This document shows, in pieces, positions 13,310 through 38,441 of a DNA stretch of 64,000 nt. The translations under genes and the position numbers were made by a program. Each line of letters starts with the position of its first letter. Within the stretch, counting starts at the first letter, position 1. Origin of the DNA: Macrostomum lignano (lineage: Eukaryota); NCBI GenBank assembly GCA_002269645.1, contig NIVC01003576.1:1-64000 (forward strand), read 5' to 3'. The notes under the pieces were generated by a model. It was not told the DNA's origin, ran no database searches, and saw only the letters and a program-made list of their open reading frames with translations.

Positions 13310-14560
13310 ACAACAACAGTGACCGGGGCGCCGGCATCAGCCAGCAGGCAGTCAACGAAACGCCGAGTACGCGCCTGCTCCGGCCGGTAGGGTGCTGCAA
13401 GGTCAGCAGCAGCACCTCCTGCACCGGCTCTGGGCAGTACGACTCGGTGCGGATGATGTGGCCTGCCAGCTGGAGTCGCCGACGGCCCAACAGTTCGCTG
13501 GGACGGGACAGGCCGGTGCCGCATTGGTGACTCGCTCGTAGCCGATCTTGAAGGCGGCGCGCAGCAGGCCAGCGTGCGCCGCATCGACCAGCTGTTCGAG
13601 CATCCGTCAGCGTCCAGGTCTCGGCGTTGTACAACAGGACGGTCTCGATCACCGCCTGGAACAACGTCGCCCTCTGGCGGCAGGCAGGGCATCGGACTTC
13701 AGGAGAGCCCTCTCGGAACGAAAGGCAGCCCAGGCAAGCCCGCGGCGACGCCGCAAATCCTCGCGGACGTCGGGAACCAGACCGCGGAGGTAGACGAACT
13801 GCTGACAACGCGGAAGCTCTTTCATCTGTCCACCAGGGCCTCGGCACAAAATCGCAGCCTCGATATCGTCCGGCACGCAGAGCACGACGTTCTTCTGCGT
13901 GTTGACCACCAGGCCGACACTTGCCGACACTTGACACGAGCATCGCTCGTGCCATGATACAGCGCCATGACGGCGGAACTCAGCTGCTCTGGCACGTTGG
14001 TACGCACGAAGCACCATTGGGAGCACGGCCCTCATGACCGAGTCGAAAGCCTTCCTGAATTCAACAAAGAGAGCAACAAAGAGATCTACTGGCGTGTCCG
14101 CGCTTCCTCGATGACTCGGCGAAGAGCCAGGATCTGCGCCACTGTGCCGCGCAAATAGGGATCCAGCACGGGCTGCACCCGCGATAGCAGCATCGCAGCG
14201 CAGGACTGCAGGCAGATACCTCGGTGCTCCTCAAGCCGTGTGGTGCCCGGCTTCTTAGGAACTGCGACGATGTGCGCTGTGGTCCATTCGTTAGGTGCCT
14301 CCTCACCGAAGAGCACGCGGTTCATCACACTGACGACCTCGCTGGCCACACAGTGAAGTCGCAGCGCCTCGATGGGCAACTCGTTTGGACCCAGCGCTTT
14401 GCCGCCCGGAGTCCTCAGGGCGAGCCTCACAACGTCGGCTGCGCTGACTGGAGCTACATTGAGACTCTCCTCTGCCGACAACGTCGTCCGCGACGGCGGC
14501 CTCAGATCGTTTGGCAGCGGGGGGGGGGCGGCGCGTTGACGATGGCGGCAAAACTCACGC
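13310..14560 (-). mobile_element. RTE-like non-LTR retrotransposon fragment with degenerate RT
   Basis: Motifs include KALGPNELPIE, EWTTAHIVAVPKKPG, HRGICL, LFVEFRKAFDSV, LLYNAETWTLT and RRLQLAGHIIR. There are frameshifts and internal deletions. Confidence 0.85.
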
Positions 14561-15802
14561 AGCTCATTTCATAAAATATTCATAAATGATTTATTAAATG
14601 ATTCATATTTCCTAAAAGCCCATACATGTATGAGTCTATGTCTTAGGTTTTCTGTAGCTTTGGGACCAATGCAACAAGTGCGAATATAACTATGGTATCA
14701 CGTGCAAGCACGAGGAATTCAAGCATAAACTACTAAACAACATGTACTTTAATAAATTGGCGCTATAAAAAAGCCTAGCTAACTTAATTGAGCGGTGTGT
14801 CGTCGCTGCGTAAACTGTGTGCCATCGATAAAACCATTACAGTGCTTAAATTAGACACAGTTTAACAACCGGCCCAATGGCTGCTAGGATTTGATAAATA
14901 AAATTACTTGTATATTCAAAAATCACGTGACTTCAATCGATAGCTATATAAACGACAGCTGTCTTGTCGTCACATGGCTATAAAATCACGTGATGGTTTT
15001 AAAAAAATAAAAATAAAAAAAGCCAAAATTACAATTTACCGAAATAAGTTTTTTTCTTCAAAAAATCGTTTAAATAAAATTACTTAGAAATCTGTTTTCG
15101 AAAAGTAATAACGTTTTTATTATAATTTCCAAATTCAAAGCAGAAAAAAATCTGTAAACGAATACACATGCATAAAAATTAATTTTCATTCCAAATCTGA
15201 ACACAAAAGTATGTTTGATCACGGGCATAAGTTATAATTTATGAATCCGGAAAAATGCGAAAAAAAAGTGTGAACCACATCGCACACGTGGGAAGCAAAA
15301 ACCGCTGTCTTATGGAATTCTCAGCTGATGAAAATTGTTTTAAATTGTTCAAGTAGTGAAACAAACAATTTTCAAAAAGGTTAGACTAACATGCAGCACT
15401 TGTCTCTCAGATTACTAAAATTTTTGTTGCATATCACTAAAATTCATAATTAAAAAATAAACAATATAAAAAAATGACAAAAAACGGTATCTCATTAGCA
15501 ACCTGAAATTTAATGATCATCTATCGGCAAGTTATAACAAAAAAGTAAAAATTAGTGCGTTAGAGTACACGCTACTGTAAAATGGGCGATGAAATTGTTA
15601 TAAAAACCGGATGCATCGAAACAGTTGTAGATAAGATCTCGAATAAATTTACAAACAAACAAGTTTTGATTGAATAAATGAACATTTTAAGTAAGAAGAT
15701 AGGATAACTTTAACGGGTAGTTTCTATGAATTTCAAGAATCAAGCATCGTTTTCAGGAAAAAAAACTTCGCAAAAATTGTCACTCTTTTACCTCAAGTAA
15801 TC

Positions 15803-16038
15803 TTAGAGGCTAGTGTATAGGTCGACCGTATACCCTCTAACTCTTCCCTTTAGTCTTTCTATCCAAGTTCCAAAATTGTCTATGGCTAATCCTTTGAGAC
15901 AATTATAAGCGGTACGCAATGATCGCGGGACTCGTTTAGGCCATAGAATAATGAGCGTGTGTAGTATGTATTAGCCTTGAATAATGATGGCTCCACTCGT
16001 GACAGCGATCACTATTCAAGGCTAATACATACTACACA
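15803..16038. other. Two adjacent hairpins (15803-15840; 26-bp perfect stem 15958-15983/16013-16038), probably a small non-autonomous element
   Basis: TGTGTAGTATGTATTAGCCTTGAATA is the exact reverse complement of TATTCAAGGCTAATACATACTACACA. TTAGAGG...CCTCTAA encloses GTATAGGTCGACCGTATAC. Confidence 0.6.
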
Positions 16039-16237
16039 ATCTACCATTGTGCTGACGTCTATTGCTTGCCTTTTCCGTTAATGTCTATGGGCAAGACCGA
16101 ATCGACTGCCAAGGAATTCTAAATCTAGCTTTAGAATTCCCTGCTACTGCTGTTAAAAATGGGAACTTTCAACTTGGCTGGGAAAAGCAATGCAGTTATC
16201 TATGAAGAAATAAGTCCGTCAGATCATTACACCGCAT

Positions 16238-19200
16238 TCACATCGAGTGCCGCAGGGCCGTGAGTAGCCATCGAAAGGCAACCCATTCTTTCGGCTCAAC
16301 AAACGGTATTAAGCTCAGGCTGCTGGAGGCAAGATCTGGCAGATCGAGTTTCTGAATCCAGGACAGCAACTGGCCTCTGGCAATACCCTGGGTGACGATC
16401 AGCAGGATTAAATCGCTGCTGGACTGCTGATGCACCATCCGCCACACGTGGCACAATAAATTGGCTTCTGCGGTCAGCGGCGCCGAGGCGTCGAAAATGT
16501 TGGTGACAATGTCCGCGCTCAGGAACAGCAGGACGGCTTGGATTGGCTGGCGGTGGCAGCGGCTGACAGGGAAATCCGGCTGCAGTTCGGGTTGGACCGC
16601 GAGATTGTAGAAAGTACATGTAAGTAATTTCACGTATCGCGTTTTATCTTGAACACTGTCTGGCCTTAAATCCCTTCAGGTCACCCCCACTAAATACTGA
16701 AGCATCTTCCCCTTCTATTCTCCCATCAGTCTCTTGTATTCACTAGCTGCTTCACTCTCCCCTTCACTTTCTCCCTTTCACTCTCCCCTTCAATCGCCAC
16801 TTCATTCTCCACTTCATTCTCCCCTTCACTCTCAACTTCACTCTCCATTTCACTCTCTCCCCTCCACTCTCCCCTTCACTTTCTCCCCTTCACTCTCCCT
16901 TTCACTCTCCCCTTCAATCGCCATTTCATTTTCCACTTCATTCTCCCCATCAATCTCCCCTTCACTCTCCCCTTCACTCTCCCCGTCACTCCCCTTCACT
17001 CTCCCCTTTTCCCTCTCCTTCACTCTCCACTTCACTCTTCCCCCTCCACTCTCTCCCCTTCACTCTCCCCGTCACTCCCCTTCACTCTCCCCGTCACTCC
17101 CCTTCACTCTCCCTTTTCCCTCCCCTTCACTCTCCCCTTCACTTTCCTTCATTCCCCCCTTCACTCTCCCCTTCACTTTCCCTTCACTCTCCCCTTCACT
17201 CTCCCCTTCACTTTCCCTTCATTCCCCCCTTCACTCTCCCTTCATTCCCCCCTTCACTCTCCCCTTCACTTTCCCTTCATTCCCCCCTTCACTCTCCCCT
17301 TCACTTTCCCTTCATTCCCCCCTTCACTCTCCCCTTCACTTTCCCTTCATTCCCCCCTTCACTCTCTCCTTCACTTTCCCTTCACTCTCCCCTTCACTCT
17401 CCCTTCACTCCCCCCGCTTTATTTTTCCCTCACCCTCTCTCCTTCACTCTCCCCTTCACTCTCTCAAGTAAAGCAGTGGTCACCAAGCCGCCAGCTCTCA
17501 CCAGCTCAATGCGATCAGCCGCAATGCTTTCAAGTTGAATCTCGCAGAAATCAAACTTGGCCATCCAGTTGCCCTCTTGAGCTTGGAGCAGGCGGAGCAG
17601 CTCAGCCCGGGACTCGTTCCTGCCCGCCAGGCTGATGCACAGAGTCTGCCTGACTGTCGCCAGAAATCGTTGATGACGCTTCAGCGTTCTCCGTCCCTGT
17701 AAACAGTTAATGAGCAGCAGATCGCGAAGCAGCTCGTTCTTGGGTGGGTTTAAAGAAAGAAGTGGTCGATGACGCGTCAGTTGCGGCTGAGCCAGCGCCA
17801 GCAGCACCAGACGGCCGCACATTCGAAACGGGCCTTTGAATAAGGCGCGAAGTAGATCCACTACGGTGTTGCTGGCGGAGACGGCCGCGTGGAAAGCCTC
17901 CCTGAGAGTGACCTTTTGTCCGTTCTGCGGGAGCGTGTGACCGGCGTGATTATCTAATCTGCGACCGAAATACCTTCGCAACGTAAAGAGAAATGAGCAA
18001 GAAAGGAGAGAGGAGTAGGAGAGAGGTAGAGAAGAAAGATTGAACAGGAGAGTGAAGGGGGAAAGTAAAATGATGAGTGAATGGAAGAGCATAAAAAGGA
18101 GAGAGTTAAGGGGAGAGCGAAGGGGAGAGTGAATGGTAAAAAGTGAAGGGGAGATTGAAGGAGAGAGTGAGGGGGGACGAATGAAGGGGAGAGAGTGAAG
18201 GGGAGAGTGAAGGGGAGAGACAGCAGGGTAGAGTGTAGGAGAAAGTGAAGGGGAGAGTGAAGGGAGACAGTGAAGGTGAGAGAGTGAAGGGCAGAAACAG
18301 TAGGGTAGAGTGTAGGGGAGAAAGGGAAGGTGAGAGAGTGAAGGGGAGAGTGAGGGGAGAGAATGAAGGGGAGAGCGAAGGGGAGAGAGTGAAGGGGAGA
18401 GTGAGGGGAGAGAGTGAAGGGGAGAGTTAAGGGGAGAGAGTGAAGGGGGAGAGTAAAGGGGAGAGAGTGAAGGGGAGAGAGTGAAGGGGAGAGGGGGAAG
18501 GGGAGAGAGTGTAGGGGAGAGTGAAGGGGGAGAGTAAAGGGGAGAGAGTGTAGGCGAGAGTGAAGGGGAGAGTGAAGGGGAGAGTGTGTAGGCGAGAGTG
18601 AAGGGGAGAGTGAAGAGGAGAGAGTGAAGGGGAGAGAGTGAAGGGGAGAGAGTGAAGGGGAGAGAGTGAAGGGGAGAGAGTGAAGGGGAGAGTGAAGAGG
18701 AAGAGTGAAGAAAGGAATTCCACCAGCTCTTACCCGTTCACTAGCAGGTAGGAAGCTAAAAACTTCCGAATAGCCAAGTCGGTAGACTTCAGCAGCAATA
18801 TTCCAGTGCTCGGCTCCGCTCAGGTACCTGTCCAGGTAGCTCCACAGTCCCGTGTAGTCATTGTTTCTAGGAAAAATTCGGCTAGGCCTTGCTTTGCGGA
18901 GCCCGCTAGGCAGGCAGGCTGCAGCCTCATCACTGTTATCCACGCGAAGAGCGATGTGCTTTAGAGGACTAAAGCAATGAGACTGCGAGAGTTCCTCAAG
19001 CAACACTGATATTCTCTTGAGGCAATCAATGCCTTGGACATTTGGGCATTGTTCCACAGCCAATTCTAAAGCTTCATCAACGGCTGTCTTTATCTGTCCA
19101 ACGGTAAAGTCGGATTCGACTAGCAGCACCAGCCTGGGCTCCGAGTGACTGTTGTCTAATCTAGCAGGCAGCTCGCCATACTGCTTTGCATTCAGCGCCT

Positions 19201-19369
19201 CGATTGGGCAGTCAAGACCATGCTTGGTTGTTGTATTGCTGCACAGGCACTGCAAGAAACCTTGGTTCCAGTACGAATTTATCTCTGCATGGAATTTATA
19301 TAAAATTTCCTGCAGTTTAGGGTTGCTATCTATCAGATAGTGCAACCCAATGGTTAAATTGCTTGACAT
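16238..19369 (-). CDS. ~465 aa protein, putative death domain plus C-terminal SEFIR/TIR-like domain (Act1/CIKS- or MyD88-like adaptor); exons 19369-18734, ~17924-17502, 16579-16238
   Basis: Three non-repetitive open segments are joined by phase-0 GT-AG junctions; the exon 2 acceptor is uncertain (17924 vs ~17958). The gene itself is well supported. Domain calls rest on motif resemblance only: LDRYL..EHWNIAAEVYRLGYSEV...TVVDLLRAL and LCISL...KFDFCEIQLESIA...QAVLLFLS. Confidence 0.7.
16720..17465. repeat. Pyrimidine-rich (CACTCTCCCCTT)n repeat in intron 2 of the minus-strand gene
   Basis: Direct degenerate ~12-14 bp tandem copies. Confidence 0.9.
18000..18712. repeat. Purine-rich (GAGAGTGAAGGG)n repeat in intron 1 of the same gene; reverse complement of the intron 2 repeat
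   Basis: Direct degenerate tandem copies. Confidence 0.9.
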
Positions 19370-20847
19370 TATTCATAAATAGTGTTTAATAGTGTTCTGA
19401 ATTAGAGAACAAACAAATTAAACAATGATAGAGTAAATAGCATTATTTAAAAAGTTCAAGTTAAATATTGTTAAGAGCCATTATTTTTATTTAAGCTTCG
19501 AATTTGCCATATTTAAAGTCAGAATATTATTTAGATTAGAATTATAACAAACATAAGAATAAATACTCTTTTTTCAATCTAATCAACTGCTAAAAGTATT
19601 TCCTGTATTAACATAAGAATATCAATAGCTGATTGAATCCTATATACTATAAGCTTCTGAGCCCTAAATGAGTTGCAATATATACCATGTATAGTTTAAT
19701 ACTTAGATTGTAATTATATAAACAAGGCATAGATTTCAATTTTACGATTTGCGATGCGATCAAAAATGACCAAAAAAAGGAATAGTCGAGATATTTTAAA
19801 TTAAAAATGTAAACTTAAAAAGCATACAGAAGCAACATGGAACTAAAATAGTATTATTACAACAGTACCTTGTTGGGACGGAAAGCAAATTAATCAGGTT
19901 TGTTACGAAAGTTAAATCTGTGGTTGTTATTGCTAGAGAAAGTTTAAACAATTTTTTGCTTTAAAAAACTGTATTAAATTTTATTTATAACATTGTTGGT
20001 AAAAACAAATAAGTTGTACAATTTTTTAAGATTTGCTTATTCTCGTAGAGAAAATAACTCAAGATTTTTTGCGCCTAGATGGGATTTATCCGTTTAACAT
20101 CACAAAAAATTCTACATTGAGCTTCCATTTCCATAAGTTCGTCGTTAGGTATAACTTACACTGGAGAATAAAACTGTCGCAGAAAGCGTTCCTTATTTTA
20201 GTACGTTTGACTAAAATTGCAGATTTTAAGGTCAAGTTTTTACATCTACATGATGATGATATTTAGTTTGTTTGAATAATAAGAAAGTCTAATGAATTTA
20301 AAAACTCAATTATCTAACGGTACATCATTCACCTTAAGTGCGTATTCGTCAGCCGGCTTGAGCGTGGTTGGTTGAAGCTGCAACCCTTGTTAATTGGCGG
20401 CAAGATTGATGAGAAGGGCGGCCGTGCTATGAAGTTTTTTAGAGTGCTAGTTCGAGAGGCCGCAGATTACATGTGAATATACATGGTGTTGCGTATAGGG
20501 GATTGCGTTAACAATTACAAACTTTTGTCAGATACATATATGTGGTTATTTCATTTTGGTGTACTCGTACATGTTTTTGAAAAATCACGCGTATGCCATT
20601 AGGTACGTGTACGATCGTAAATTCAAATCAATGCTATCAAATAATCAAATTAGCGATCAAGTTGAATGTGGGAGTTTCATGAATAGATTATTTGCGGATG
20701 TGACTCCAAATCTACCTGGATAGATTTTTATATATAAAGCTTCAATTTACATTCTGAATTCCTGTACAATTGATTGTTACTGCAGTTATTAGTACTTTAA
20801 TCCATAAATGCTTAAGTGCGTATGTCTTGAAAAATTGTTACAGCATC

Positions 20848-22126
20848 AGGGGCTTTAGCACCATTGGCCTTTGGCACCAGGGGCTTTAGCACCAGCAGGC
20901 TTTAGCACCAGCAGGCTTTAGCACCAGGGGGCTTTAGTACCAAGGACGCCTGCACCAGGGACTTTAGCACCAGGGGCTTTAGCACCTGCAGGCTTTAGCA
21001 CCAGGGGCTTTAGCACCAGGGGCTTTAGCACCAGGGGCTTTAGCACCAGGGGCTTTAGCACCAGGGGCTTTAGCACCAGGGGCTTTAGCACCAGGGGCTT
21101 TAGCACCAGGGGCTTTAGCACCAGGGGCTTTAGCATCAAGGACGCCTGCACCAGGGACTTTAGCACCAGGGGCTTTAGCACCTGCAGGCTTTAGCACCAG
21201 GGGCTTTAGCACCAGGGGCTTTAGCACCAGGGGCTTTAGCACCAGGGGCTTTAGCACCAGGGGCTTTAGCACCAGGGGCTTTAGCACCAGGGGCTTTAGC
21301 ACCAGGGGCTTTAGCACCAGGGGCTTTAGCACCAGGGGCTTTAGCACCAGGGGCTTTAGCACCAGGGGCTTTAGCACCAGGGGCGCCAGCACCAGGGGCT
21401 TTAGCACCAGGGGCGCCAGCACCAGGGGCGCCAGCACCAGGGGCGCCAGCACCAGGGGCGCCAGCACCAGGGGCGCCAGCACCAGGGGCGCCAGCACCAG
21501 GGGCGCCAGCACCAGGGGCGCCAGCACCAGGGGCGCCAGCACCAGGGGCGCCAGCACCAGGGGCGCCAGCACCAGGGGCTTTAGCACCAGGGGCTTTAGC
21601 ACCAGGGGCGCCAGCACCAGGGGCGCCAGCACCAGGGGCGCCAGCACCAGGGGCGCCAGCACCAGGAGCGCCAGCACCAGGGGCTTTAGCACCAGGGGCT
21701 TTAGCACCAGGGGCGCCAGCACCAGGGGCGCCAGCACCAGGGGCGCCAGCACCAGGGGCGCCAGCACCAGGGGCGCCAGCACCAGGGGCGCCAGCACCAG
21801 GGGCGCCAGCACCAGGGGCGCCAGCACCAGGGGCGCCAGCACCAGGGGCGCCAGCACCAGGGGCGCCAGCACCAGGGGCGCCAGCACCAGGGGCTTTAGC
21901 ACCAGGGGCTTTAGCACCAGGGGCGCCAGCACCAGGGGCTTTAGCACCAGGGGCTTTAGCACCAGGGGCGCCAGCACCAGGGGCGCCAGCACCAGGGGCG
22001 CCAGCACCAGGGGCGCCAGCACCAGGGGCGCCAGCACCAGGGGCGCCAGCACCAGGGGCGCCAGCACCAGGGGCGCCAGCACCAGGGGCGCCAGCACCAG
22101 GGGCGCCAGCACCAGGGGCGCCAGCA
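20848..22126. repeat. 15-bp minisatellite with two variants (AGCACCAGGGGCTTT / AGCACCAGGGGCGCC)
   Basis: About 85 tandem copies arranged in variant blocks, lying between two divergently oriented genes. Confidence 0.95.
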
Positions 22127-22422
22127 CGTTTAGACGCGCGTAAAGTTCCGACATGAGAGGCACAATTGCAGATTATAGATTTCCATAACTTTGCTATTTT
22201 TATTTTTTATTCCACCGTAAAATAATCACTCGCTTCTGTTTTATTACGCAGGGAATTTAGGGCTACATACAATGCAGATCTCAACCCAGCCAATCACAGC
22301 TCATTGGTTGGTTTCTACATTCGCTCTATATATACACAGCAGTTCAACTGCACTCCGGACTGAATTAGCTGCCTGCGATACTGCAGATTTAATTTACCTT
22401 TCCGTCTATCAGTGCCTCCGAG

Positions 22423-32942
<10,520 letters not shown>

Positions 32943-33064
32943 AATAGAGAACCTAAAAAACGAAAGAAAATGGAATAATGCACCGACTGTCTACTAAAAG
33001 TAGTGCGACTATTATAGACAAAAATGAGAAAACTTGCTCTCGATGTTCTACTGTAATTCTATTG

Positions 33065-34095
33065 TCATGTCTATCAGGCTGTGAATATCATGTCTAACAT
33101 GTTGTGAATATCATGTCTAACAGGTTGTGAATATCATGTCTAACAGGTTGTGAATATCATGTCTAACAGGTTGTGAATATCATGTCTAACAGGTTGTGAA
33201 TATCATGTCTAACATGTTGTGAAGATCATGTCTAGCAGGCTGTGAATATCATGTCTAACAGGTTGTGAATATCATGTCTAACATGTTGTGAATATCATGT
33301 CTAACAGGCTGTGAATATCATGTCTAACAGGCTGTGAATATCATGTCTAACATGTTTTGAATATCATGTCTAACATGTTGTGAATTTCATGTCTAACAGG
33401 TTGTGAATATTATGTCTAACAGGTTGTGAATATCATGTCTAGCAGGCTGTGAATATCATGTCTAACAGGTTGTGAATATCATGTCTAACATGTTGTGAAT
33501 ATCATGTCTAACAGGCTGTGAATATCATGTCTAACAGGCTGTGAATATCATGTCTAACATGTTTTGAATATCATGTCTAACATGTTGTGAAGATCATGTC
33601 TAGCAGGCTGTGAATATCATGTCTAACAGGTTGTGAATATCATGTCTAACATGTTGTGAATATCATGTCTAACAGGCTGTGAATATCATGTCTAACAGGC
33701 TGTGAATATCATGTCTAACATGTTTTGAATATCATGTCTAACATGTTGTGAATTTCATGTCTAACAGGTTGTGAATATCATGTCTAACAGGTTGTGAATA
33801 TCATGTCTAACATGTTGTGAAGATCATGTCTAGCAGGCTGTGAATATCATGTCTAACAGGTTGTGAATATCATGTCTAACATGTTGTGAATATCATGTCT
33901 AACAGGCTGTGAATATCATGTCTAACAGGCTGTGAATATCATGTCTAACATGTTTTGAATATCATGTCTAACATGTTGTGAATTTCATGTCTAACAGGTT
34001 GTGAATATTATGTCTAACAGGTTGTGAATATCATGTCTAACAGGCTGTGAATATCATGTCTAACAGGTTGTGCATATCATGTCTAACATGTCGTG
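33065..34095 (+). repeat. 22-23 bp minisatellite (TGTGAATATCATGTCTAACAGG(T/C))
   Basis: Direct tandem copies downstream of the SLC17 stop. Confidence 0.95.
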
Positions 34096-34554
34096 ACGAT
34101 CAAGTCTAACATTTTGTAAAAATAACGCCTAAGAAGCTATGAAGTTTTTACTTAGTATTTGACGGATTGGTATAGAAGCCGTATCTAACCGGTTCTGTAC
34201 TCCAACAGGGCTGAACCGGAATCCTGGCAGATGCGTGGATCCTTGCCGAAAATTTTCGACTTGCTTGATGCCGCCAAAACAAAACAGCTTCTGATCCAGT
34301 CGGCTAGTTATAAATAATCGTCATTTGTTTGTTTAAGCCTTTCAAAATTTTGCAATGAGGATAAGAGATTCTCGAGCGATCATTGCTTTGTGAAACTGAA
34401 CTTCAACTGTACTTTGCTGGCTCTCCACTGCGTAAGACCGGCATCCGTTTGCCCCAGGTGGCTTAGGACTGTTTTGCGACTGAAGGGAAACGAGCTTGCT
34501 CGTTAATTCAGATTAATCAGTCTTATGAGAAAATCTTTTATGAATGAAGCACAT

Positions 34555-37314
<2,760 letters not shown>

Positions 37315-37644
37315 TATCTATCTATCTATCTGTCTGTCTATCTATCTATCAAAAAATCAAGAAATTCAATGAAATGCGCAGCTTTAAGCCACTGACAAGC
37401 CGGAGTTGGAATCTGGGTTGAATTCTTCTTAGCTCAGGAACCACTTGGCTTAGAATGTATTTTTTTATTCATCTAGTTGCGGATAGAGTGGGGAGGTCCT
37501 GAACGTGTCAGTCTTTGCCAGTTGTCTATTATTGCCGCGAACTGAAATTAATTAATTGAATAAAATCGGATTCCATTCAGGCTCCGATATTTTTCATAGA
37601 AAATCTTCAATGGCTCGAGCCTCCGCCGCCTCACCCAAGCCGGC

Positions 37645-37971
37645 TCATCTCCCGTAGTTTGTGGCGAACCGCAGGCTGTCTCTGAAGCCGCGCTTTCGTT
37701 TAAAATTGGCGCCAACGCGGACTGGCGGCGCCGAATCAGCGCTTGTGTCGACTGGATCGACCATTTCAGCGACGTCGGACGCTGCGTCGGCGGCGTCGAT
37801 CAGAGCGACGCTCAGTCGGCTCAGCAGGAGGGCTTCGGCGATGCGGACTCGGCGGCGAGCCTCCAAGCTGCGGCTGACCGACGGCAGCGCCTGGACGGCC
37901 GGCGCCATCGACTGCAGGACCAGGAGGACGGCCAGAGTGACCGTCAGGCGAATTTTGCTGCTGGCTGGCAT
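37645..37971 (-). CDS. Neuropeptide precursor (108 aa): signal peptide, KRKR cleavage site, GFRDSLRFATNY-G-R (amidated, allatotropin-like)
   Basis: The N-terminus is hydrophobic (IRLTVTLAVLLVLQSMAPAVQA). An acidic spacer precedes a tetrabasic site, followed by a C-terminal Gly amidation donor, Arg and stop. Codon composition is GC-rich like the other exons, and an acceptor-like CAG lies just before the ATG. Confidence 0.8.
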   Translation of the reverse strand: MPASSKIRLTVTLAVLLVLQSMAPAVQALPSVSRSLEARRRVRIAEALLLSRLSVALIDAADAASDVAEMVDPVDTSADSAPPVRVGANFKRKRGFRDSLRFATNYGR

Positions 37972-38003
37972 GCTGGCTGAGTGGTTGAGGGACCGGGGTG
38001 GGC

Positions 38004-38441
<438 letters not shown>

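Noticed and set aside
20979-22163. 394-aa (LAPLV)n ORF
   Set aside because: It is a by-product of a 15-bp unit lacking stop codons, with no splice or domain support.
32945-32960. AGAGAACCTAAAAA shared with the start of the GATA-flanked cassette
   Set aside because: The match is only ~14 nt and A-rich, with no further similarity.
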